Assembly (NCBI GenBank): GCA_002269645.1
Contig: NIVC01003898.1
Coordinates: 1-64,000 of the forward strand
Length of the DNA: 64,000 nt
Direction of reading: 5' to 3'
Source of the DNA: Macrostomum lignano
Lineage: Eukaryota
Part shown: piece after piece, positions 22,911 to 32,495 of the stretch
Layout: each line of letters begins with the position of its first letter
How positions within the stretch are numbered: the first letter of the stretch is position 1
Program-made: the position numbers and the translations under genes
The notes under the pieces: generated by a model
What the model was told of the DNA's origin: nothing
The model's input: the letters and a program-made list of their open reading frames with translations, nothing else
Database searches by the model: none

Positions 22911-24542
22911 GGTGAGTCTGTAATACTATCCAGAGAATGTTTTCGACATTTTCAAGTGCAATATTCTAAGAACGTTTATAGGGCCGTTATTCAAGAGGTC
23001 CTCTAGGCCCTCCATCAAAATTTCGATGGTGATTGATCAAGATATTAACAAAGGCGATCTAATTAAGTCGATGCAGGCGCTTAATGATTGTCAAGAGCAT
23101 TTTAAGCTGTCAGGGATGTCATAAAAAACAAAGGAAGTGCTACAAGTTTACTGATTTAATATTTAATAATGCTTTATACTTTCTTCTAGAAAGTAAATAA
23201 TCTTTGCAGATATGCAGTTAGTAAATGAAGATAATTAATAATGTTCATTTCTCATTAAGCCTGCAGCAAAGCAATAAGTAACAAAACAAAAACAAATATT
23301 ACACAGATCCATCACTCAGTCAGTAGTTAGAAACAATTGCAAAATCCCATATCAATTAAGAGCAATAAATTACGAAGATAGCTGTTTGGTTAATTAGATA
23401 TTACTTATAAAAATACATTTAATGAAGTGCAGCATGCCAATGATGGAATAAACACATTCTGTGGATACCATAATTAAATTTCTTCCAGATGAAAACGTCA
23501 CTATAGTTTGTTGTCAAACAGATGAACTGTGGTTGGTATATAAAAATTAGCATTAAAAATGGCTAATTGCGTAAGCTGATACGATGTTATTTTGTAAGAC
23601 TGCTTTCAGACTAGATTTTGTTTAGCATAAAATAAGCTTGTGTCGCTGAAAATAATAACCAATGTACCTTAGTACCTTACCATAAATTTAGCAACAAAAA
23701 GACCACAAATGAAAAATTCATGCAAACGTAAAGACTCCAGAGTCTTCTATGGACAAAATAAATTTCTATAAACGTTTAGTTAGCTGTAAAGTGAGAATTA
23801 AAACAAATATTAAGGCCCAATGACATTCGCAACTTTACACAAGAATATCAGCTGCAATGCTAAGGCAATTAATATAAATTTAACAAAACATCTGCCTGGA
23901 TTATTAAACTACAACTTATAATAAATCTTAGTATACTCAAATTTCCACACCGAATCTTTGCTGATCGACGCACTATTTGACGGTGCGAAATCGTGTTAAA
24001 GGTTATAAAAAATAATTTACGCTCGTAGTAAGTTAATGATTGAAGCAGCTATTGATCCGAGTTAAAAAAAACTGATATATCCATAAACGTTAACAAAGCC
24101 ACAAAGATATTCCAGATAAAATGTATGCGATACGAAAGCAATATGAAACATTTGAATAGCTCGTATGCACACATTAAACAAATATCAGCTTGTTATCTGA
24201 TAATATCCAATGAAACAGTTTTCACCCAGAAAAATAGACGTACAAGTTAAGAGGTTGATGAAATATATCGGTACAAAATGCCTAAAGCAGGATGGAAGGA
24301 AGAGAGGTACAAGACAGATAGATGCATGAGATTTGAGGGCGAGGGAAGAGCTTGGAGGTCAAGAGGTGAGATTAGGGCGAGGGGGTGAGACTAGAGGGCG
24401 AGTGATGATGGGATCGAATGTGGGACTCGGATTGAATGAGAATAGAAGAAGGAAAAAACCTTACGGGGCAAGTTGAAGCGATCTTGAATCTTGAAGACGC
24501 AGAATGAAGAGAGTGCAAATAAACACCCAATGCTTCACTTCA

Positions 24543-24785
24543 CTAGGCTTGGTGATCTCGACTGCCCGTCAGACGATGAAACATTTGTTCGTTAATTTCC
24601 TGACTTCGGTCGGGCTTTCTCAGGCTGAGGAACACGTAGCCGCCGACCATTTCGGCCAGCGTTTTGCACACGGACAGCCGGGAGGCGAAGAATGGGCTGG
24701 GGACCAAAGTCATCTCGTGCGGCGGCCGGTTGAGGGTCAGACGGAAGCTCATTACCTCCCAGTTGACGGTCCAGGAGGCGAGTTC
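24543..24785 (-). CDS. FERMT2: Kindlin exon 3 (F3 subdomain C-terminus)
   Basis: ELASWTVNWE...CKTLAEMVGGYVFLSLRKPDRSQEINEQMFHRLTG, matching kindlin KQWNVNWE...HEFIGGYIFLSTR. Acceptor cccAG. The symbol marks the kindlin family, not a specific paralogue. Confidence 0.92.
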   Translation of the reverse strand, partial: ELASWTVNWEVMSFRLTLNRPPHEMTLVPSPFFASRLSVCKTLAEMVGGYVFLSLRKPDRSQEINEQMFHRLTGSRDHQA

Positions 24786-24943
24786 CTGGGTTCGAGTTGG
24801 AAACAAATTCAATGTGTTTGCTGATGATGATTAGGGCAACAAATTGGATTTACAATAGAAATTTTTCCCGGTTACAGGTAACATAGTTAAAAGACGACAG
24901 ATAGTTTCACGTAGCTAAAGCACCTGTTCCCGGCTATTCTCAC

Positions 24944-25210
24944 CTGGTATCGCCAGGTATTGAGAATATCCCCAGTCTGCACGTCCAGCCGCATAATCCT
25001 GTTAAACGCTACGCCAAACAGGGCGTCGTGATTTTTGCGTCGCTCTTTACGAAACTCGCTAAACGTCATCGGCTTGGAGCGACTCTCCGTGTAATTAACA
25101 AGGAAATACGCCACCCCGTGCATTGGCAATCGTTGCCAGGTGCGAATGTACTCCAGCTTCGACTCGAGTAAATTTAGACTCCGTACGTTTGCGTGGCGCT
25201 CCAAAATGCC
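24944..25210 (-). CDS. FERMT2: Kindlin exon 2 (end of F2, start of F3)
   Basis: 267 nt, GILERHANV...KLEYIRTWQRLPMHGVAYF...GVAFNRIMRLDVQTGDILNTWRYQ. Flanked by ctcAG and GTgaga. Confidence 0.92.
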
Positions 25211-25326
25211 CTGAGTACGAGGATTGAGCAAGCAAAATTTGTATTTATGCACAAAGTACTTAATAATCAGATTATCAGACTACAACTTCTACAACTTCAG
25301 CAAAACAAAATATCCGAAGTATTTAC

Positions 25327-27171
25327 CTGCAACAGAGCCCGACTCTTGTGCTTCTTCAGGCAGCGCAAGGCAACGAAATCGGCCACATCAATGTTGGGCA
25401 TGCTGTCAACAGTCAGCATTGGCTGCGGCCTTGGCGCCTGCATGTCCAGTCTTGTCAGGGTCTCCTTCAGTTCGCTGTCATAGAGACTCTTGCTAGCCAA
25501 AGTTTTGCCCCGAGACGCCAGGGAGATTGCAGCAACCCACTGGGCGTACTGGTCTTTGGTCTCGCAGCGGAGCCACACCTCTTGCATTAGTCCGGACTGG
25601 GTCAGGATGAACAAGCGGATGCCAAACTTTCTGGTAGTCATGTTCAAATCCGGCACAACTTCGGCATTTTTTAAATTGAACGACTCAACAAAGGCGGCCA
25701 TTTGACTAGCTGCGGCCTGGTCCGGGTACAGGTAGAGCGTCGTATCTCGCAGGGCAAAGAAGTACCGTTTGTAGTTCTTCAGAGTGAAACGTTTGGGTTT
25801 GAAAAATTTCAGGTAGCCAGAAAGTTCGGGCACCTCGCGCACCTCTGGCTGCTTCTGTTGAAGATGCTGTTGCTCCGACTGCTGACGCGACAAGTTCCCG
25901 ATGCCATAGTGCGCGTCCGACATCAGCGACATCTCTAGATCGGCCAGTGCAGCGTCGATTTCGTCATCGGCAGCCGTGTCCTCCTCTGTGACTGTAGCCG
26001 CCGCAGCGGCAGCGGAAGCCGCAGCGCCGGAATTTGACGATGTTGCTCGTTGAGGATCGTTTGCCTGTAGATGGCCCTGCAACTGCAGAGCAGCGAGCAG
26101 CATCATTTCCTCATCGGTGCAGTCGATCTCCTCAGTGAGAAGGGACCATTTGACCTGCTCGTAGATCTGGTTGATGCGAATAGCGTCATATTTGATGTTC
26201 AAATCGTAGAATGCAAAGTATTTGAATCGCAGCAGCAGTTCCTCTTCGCAGCCAGGTCGGACGCCCTGCTCCATTAGCGACTTGGACGAGTCCAGCCACG
26301 TGACTGACAGCATTGCTCGTTCGGTGTTGCTTCTCAACCGCTGAAGACCCTTCTCAGTCAGGGCCGTCTGCAACGGCACGTGTGGACTATTGGCCAAGTA
26401 GCTCTCGTCGGCACCCTCGAAAGCCAGCGAGTTGATGGACATCGGCGACATGAGGTTGGCGGACTCTCCTAGCCGAGGACTGCCAGGCGACTTTACCAGG
26501 CTGTCCGCTCCGTTTCCGTAGGGCAAAGTGCCCGCCGTCATTGAAGGCGCCTTCGGAACCAGCGGATTAAAGGCGTCGCTTCGTCTATTGTTCGATAGGC
26601 GCTTTCGCGAGTCCATAGTGTCATTGCCGCCGTTTCTATTGATCGATCGCGATCGGCGCATGCTGCTGAACCGGCTGGACTTGGTTGTCCCGACGCTGTA
26701 CGCGTAGCCGTCGCCGCCGCCGCCGCCGCCGCCCAGACCGAAATCTGCCGTGTCAATTCGGCGCTTCAGTGAGAGCTCTTCCGGGTGCCGGATGCCCAGA
26801 TCCTTGCAGATGCTCATCACTACGCTGAATACAGTCTGGGAAAAATTGACTCTAAGCTCCTTCTCCTGGAGATCGGGAAGCTGGAGGCGCAGCCAGTTGT
26901 GCATCCGATGGAATTCCAGCTTGGCGTCGGCTTGCACACCATTCTGGTCGAGAGTCTGTCGAGTTTTCAGCAGCCAACAGTTCCTCTCGGGCCACCAGAG
27001 CCCATGGTCCGACCAATCCAGCTTAACATCGATTGCTTCGACGAGTTTCAGCATGACGCCGCCGATGTGCGTCTCGCCGGAGACGCGGATGCGCTTGACA
27101 ATTTGCAGGTCTTCGACTAGTATGCTGAGCTCCCAGCTGCCGTCAACGTAAATTCCATGGCCGAGGTCCAT
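25327..27171 (-). CDS. FERMT2: Kindlin exon 1 (F0, F1, split F2, PH domain)
   Basis: ATG at 27171 in a gccATGg context. Contains DGSWEL, GETHIGGVMLKLVE, DWSDHGLWWP, WLDSSKSLMEQGV, LLLRFKYFAFYDLN and PH motif KPKRFTLKNYKRY. Donor GTaaat. The three exons join in frame to about 784 aa. Confidence 0.95.
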
Positions 27172-27687
27172 GGCGGAGAATCTCAGGCTCAAACTGAACT
27201 AGGCTGTCGACTGTGTTGTTTATAATATCGTCTGGTGGTTTTAGCTCGCGCGCTCGTGTCTTCTAAAAGCAAATGCTTTCTTGATCAAATTAGCTCAACT
27301 ATCCGTTGCTTTCGGAGTTGCAGAGTCCATAAGTAAATTTATTGATTCGTAAAATATTATAATAGATGCTTTTGCTAATAACTATTTTTTCGTCTCTCAA
27401 CGTAAACGCACTAAGCGCTGTCGATTGTATTTCCGTGCAGGAGTAAGTGAACGGCTTTTCCGCTTAGAGCAAAGCAGTACAACTCGCGATAGAAATGTAT
27501 GCTGGCAAACGGACCCTGGCACTAATACTACATATAAAGCCAAAGAAGAGCTCTCTTTTTTGTTTCTGCTCTTGAGTTCGTTTCCGTTCTACTCTTATCA
27601 GGCAAAGCCAGGCGTGCTTGAGCGGCCGCGAAGGGAGGGGGTTAGTGTTATTACAGCTCTCTCTCTCTCTCTCTCTTTGGTTTAGTC

Positions 27688-28640
27688 TGTATGTGGCGCC
27701 CGCCACTCCAAATATGTACGTCTTACAAACTGAAATTGGGGCGCTGGGCGGTGTGTCTCGGCTTGAAGAGGGGTGAGTGTGAGGAGGAGGGAGGGCCTGC
27801 TGGGGTGGTGGGGTTGGGGAGGGGTTCCGTGGAATGCGAGCAACACCCCCCCCCCCGGCCGCCTGGCCTGAACCAGGCTATAAAATAGAGAAAAGAGGGG
27901 TTGGATTCAGTGCCGGGGGACTGGGAGCCCCGCCCTCCCCTAATAAGGTAACGGCCTGTCTATGCAAGGCGAGAGGGTTAGAGAGGTGCGGAGGGGGTTT
28001 ACAAAGGTTTGGCGGCTGTTGGGGCAAAGGCCTGCCCTCCTGGCTTACATTGGGGAATTCCCATTGGCGCGTACACACGGAGGGGGGGGGCTCAGGGCCT
28101 GACCCGATTTTTTTGCCAGACCTGTATTGCCTGGCTGCCTGTCTGTCTCTTCTGGAGGGGGAGAGGGCGTTGGAGAGAGAAGGGAGGGAACTCGGGAGCA
28201 AAGAGGGGAAGAGATAAGAAAAAATTGTTGTATTGAGGTAAAAGAAGGACTGGGAAGGGAGGGGAGGGCGTCACCGCCAGTCATAAGTTCCTCTTTTTCT
28301 CTCCAGCCGGTTCGCCAGTAAAAATTAGGCCCTATCCAAATGGATACTTCTACTGTACTCTGCTGATGCTTCGTGCATCCGAGGGGGTGGGGCAAGTTTG
28401 ATGGGGAATGGCAAACTGGACTGCATCCCCCATTTCCTAATCTCTCTCCATGCAGGGGTCAGTTAGTAGAAGAACAGGAGAGGCAGACGGACAGACAGAC
28501 AGGCGGAGATAAAGGCGGGAGAGAAGTGTGAAGCCCCCAGGATAAGGCCACTTCACTTCCCCTCCACTTTTTTGTCCCTTCCCCATCCCCAATCTCCCCT
28601 CTTCATCTGCTAATCCCTTATAATATCTACACTACAGAAC
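27688..28640. other. GC- and purine-rich block of unknown class, possibly LTR-like
   Basis: Sharp compositional change. Starts tgta and ends taca, with a TATAAAA at ~27878 and G-runs. No TSD found. Confidence 0.25.
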
Positions 28641-29235
28641 TGACCCGCACAGGCTTAGTAACTAACGCCAGTCAGTTTCAGGTCTTGGGAGAGGCATCAG
28701 CAGTGGGTCTGCAGAGCAATAACAATTTTCCTCTAGCCCTAATTCTTCCCCAATTTCCGACTGTCCTGAACAAAGAAGATGGGATCCCATTTTGTTGGCT
28801 GTTGCTAAGCGGTTCGTTCAAGTATCCGTTTCCCCGAATCCCCGGCCGTAGCTATGGGTCGGATCCAATGCTAAGTTGCATCTTCCTTCAGTGACTGACT
28901 TGCAACTGTAGCGGCCTTACTTGAATGAGCATAATTTACTGTGGTAAAATCACGCCGCCATATCGAGGGTGTTTTAATAAGGCCAAGGTGTACTTATGCG
29001 GCGTCGAATTCTATACAACTGCTGTTATTATTGTTGATTGGCACACCAAGCGTTGCTGATGGCAACGAATACCAGATACGAGCGTACAAATTAACGAAAG
29101 GGAAAATACATACAAAAAAGTTAGTGAAGACTCGGGGCAAGTTGCATTCTTGTTTGTGTCATGTCTCTGACAAAATTGTCTAAAATTTTCATTGATCTTT
29201 ATTAGTAATAATTAAGGTAAAACACTATCCGTGAT

Positions 29236-30165
29236 TTCCTACTCCCTGACATTCAGTGGGGTTGCTACTCCCTGACATTCGGTGGGTCAGTGGATTGCTA
29301 CTCCCTGACATTCAGTGGGGTTGCTACTCCCTGACATTCAGTGGGGTTGCTACTCCTTGATATTCAGTGGGGTTGCTACTCCCTGACATTCAGTGGGGTT
29401 GCTACTCCCTGATATTCAGTGGGTCAGTGGATTGCTACTCCCTGACATTCAGTGGGGTTGCTACTCCTTGATATTCAGTGGGGTTGCTACTCCCTGACAT
29501 TCAGTGGGGTTGCTACTCCCTGATATTCAGTGGGTCAGTGGATTGCTACTCCCTGATATTCAGTGGGGTTGCTACTGCCTGACATTCAGTGGATTGCTAC
29601 TCCCTGATATTCAGTGGGGTTGCTACTGCCTGACATTCAGTGGATTGCTACTGCCTGATATTCAGTGGATTGCTACTCCCTGATATTCAGTGGGGTTGCT
29701 ACTCCCTGACATTCAGTGTGGTTGCTACTCCCTGATATTCAGTGGGGTTGCTACTCCCTGATATTCAGTGGGGTTGCTACTCCCTGATATTCAGTGGGGT
29801 TGCTACTCCCTGACATTCAGTGGGGTTGCTACTCCCTGATATTCAGTGGGGTTGCTACTCCCTGATATTCAGTGGGGTTGCTACTCCCTGACATTCAGTG
29901 AATTGCTACTCCCTGACATTCAGTGGGGTTGCTACTCCCTGACATTCAGTGGGGTTGCTACTCCCTGACATTCAGTGGGGTTGCTACTCCCTGACATTCA
30001 GTGGGGTTGCTACTCCCTGACATTCAGTGGGGTTGCTACTCCCTGACATTCAGTGGGGTTGCTACTCCCTGATATTCAGTGGGTCAGTGGATTGCTACTC
30101 CCTGATATTCAGTGGGTTGCTACTCCCTGATACTCAGTGGGGTCAGTGGATTGCTACTCCCTGAC
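29236..30165. repeat. 26-bp minisatellite (gctactccctgacattcagtggggtt)
   Basis: About 34 units with recurring gtcagtgga insertions. Confidence 0.95.
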
Positions 30166-30959
30166 ATGACATTCATTAGGTAATGGCTACATGTATTCTA
30201 GTCAACAATATTAGAATCCATAATTTACCAAAAGTTCTACTAGCAGTAGCAGCGCCAAGTACTGCTTCATTTATATTTTAGTCAGACAAGATTGTTATGC
30301 ATACTACTTGTACATGATATATCACTACGCTTTTATAACACAATTTCTTGTACAAGACAAACTGATTGCTTGGTTAATGAAACCGCGTCTGTAGGTTGTC
30401 TGCAGGTAGCTATAGAATGCGACAATAATATTCATTTAGTATAGCAACAGCTCCTGTCTCAGCTATATACTTAAACGCTCTCGCAGACTTCCTCCTTATC
30501 AGTTTTCTCCCTCTAGGCCATCCAATTATATAGGGAAATGCTCCGATATCAAATTAGTTTATCCAACATTGCAAAAGCAAGTCCTACACTATGCAGAAGA
30601 CGTTTATGTCAGCTCTTGCAGTGAAAGTGGGCGGCCGCATCTGCGGCAACAAAAATGAGAATTGCAGATGAACTGGGAAATAAATTGCTATTGCAGCATT
30701 CTGAGGGCTCTGAGCAACAGACAGAATAATTTCATTTTCCCTCGAGTCCTTGCATTTACGAGTAGTCTAGAGCAGAATTCTAAACGAATCTTGATTGATA
30801 GTTACTACTGCTGAAGATGTTGCTTCTGAACTGACTATTGAACAAAAAGGTCATCTTCTTACAAATACCCTACTGACTCTCAGGTTGAGCACCACCTCCC
30901 ACCCTACTGACTCTCAGATTGAGCACCACCTCACACCCTACCCTCTGCCTTTCTATTTC

Positions 30960-31490
30960 AGCGGTAGCTCAGTGAAGGACACAGCATGGAATGGCGGTAG
31001 CTCAGTGAAGGACACAGCAGGGAATGGCGGTAGCTCAGTGAAGGACACAGCAGGGAATGGCGGTAGCTCAGTGAAGGATCAGCAGGGAATGGCGGTAGCT
31101 CAGTGAAGGACACAGCAGGGAATGGCGGTAGCTCAGTGAAGGACCAGCAGGGAATGGCGGTAGCTCAGTGAAGGACACAGCAGGGAATGGCGGTAGCTCA
31201 GTGAAGGACACAGCAGGGAATGGCGGTAGCTCAGTGAAGGATCAGCAGGGAATGGCGGTAGCTCAGTGAAGGACCAGCAGGGAATGGCGGTAGCTCAGTG
31301 AAGGACCAGCAGGGAATGGCGGTAGCTCAGTGAAGGACCAGCAGGGAATGGCGGTAGCTCAGTGAAGGACCAGCAGGGAATGGCGGTAGCTCAGTGAAGG
31401 ACACAGCAGGGAATGGTGGTAGCTCAGTGAAGGACACAGCAGGGAATAGCGGTGGACACAGTAGGGAATAGTGGTAGTGGTAGCTCAGTG
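30960..31490. repeat. 33-bp minisatellite (ggcggtagctcagtgaaggacacagcagggaat)
   Basis: About 15 units; each contains a tRNA A-box-like ggtagctcagtg. Confidence 0.92.
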
Positions 31491-31638
31491 CTGGGTAAGA
31501 TTCAGATTCAACTTTTACTTAGATCTATTTGAGTTGGAAATCGAGCCACTTATGAGTGGATCTATAGCATTATAGTGCAGTTAACAATGTAGCGCAGTGA
31601 TGCTCAGTTACGAAAGAGCTTAGTAATCTAAAAAAAAA

Positions 31639-32307
31639 TCAGTTTGTGATGACTACAGCATCCGCGTCCGAATCAATGTCTTCAATAGATTGACTCTCTG
31701 TTCTTCTATCTTTCCTTTGTTGCAGCAGGAAACTCTCTTGCCGATCGAACAACCTAGCTAGCTGCTCCTGCGTATCCAGCTGCCTGTCAGCGAGTCGCCG
31801 GATTTGCGTTGACAGATGCTGCTGCTGTTGCTGCTGCTGCTGGTGCTGATGAGCTTCTGTATGCAATTGGCTATACGCGATATCGTGAGTGCACGATTGA
31901 TGCAGCTGGTGCTGATGCTGATAAGAGTACTGCTGGTGCGTGAAACGGCGCATAGCGTAGCTCTGACAGCAGAGACATCTTAGCCAGATATCTCTCCAGC
32001 GAGCTTTCCATGACATGGCTTTATTTCTATCCACGCTCCTGCCGCTGCTGCTGCTGCCGTACCTTCCGCGGCGCTGGCAGTTGTTAATGAAGGAGCCATC
32101 TTTCGGAAGCAGTCGGATAAAGCAGAGACTAGTTAGAAGCCACAGTCCAGCCAGAAGGTTCAGCGGTGGAGGCGGCAAAGTTGGCCTCGACGCGGAGCCA
32201 GACCTTGACGCTCGATATCGTCGAAGAAGCCAAGCATCGTAGTTTGCTCCTTTCTGATTGGTTGACTCAACACCGCTTCTATGACTGTCCAACGTCAGAA
32301 CCATCGA
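31639..32307 (-). CDS. Ankyrin/TRPM-like channel exon 2 (end of S6, TRP helix, coiled coil)
   Basis: Acceptor ttttcAG|tcg atg. Contains AWLLRRY...RPTLPPPPLNLL (TRPM W..QRY...RP.LPPP), a polyQ tract and heptad-like LSTQIRRLADRQLDTQEQLARL. Confidence 0.8.
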   Translation of the reverse strand, partial: SMVLTLDSHRSGVESTNQKGANYDAWLLRRYRASRSGSASRPTLPPPPLNLLAGLWLLTSLCFIRLLPKDGSFINNCQRRGRYGSSSSGRSVDRNKAMSWKARWRDIWLRCLCCQSYAMRRFTHQQYSYQHQHQLHQSCTHDIAYSQLHTEAHQHQQQQQQQQHLSTQIRRLADRQLDTQEQLARLFDRQESFLLQQRKDRRTESQSIEDIDSDADAVVITN

Positions 32308-32495
32308 CTGAAAATTAAATTAGGAAAAGCAGATGTTAGCAAATTGTCTGCTGCTGTAATTTAAGCAATTCATTTTCTCCTACCAAAGAAAAGATCCCAG
32401 TAGGATAACATCAGAAAAGTCTGTGAATTTAAATAAATTAATATCGAGCAAAAGCTGCTCCCCTTTTAAGCGTCGACCAGTAGACACAGACTCAC

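Noticed and set aside
29236-31490. CRISPR-like appearance of the 26-bp and 33-bp arrays (also the 32-bp arrays at 49.7 and 50.8 kb)
   Set aside because: Units are head-to-tail with no unique spacers, no cas genes are present, and the context is eukaryotic.
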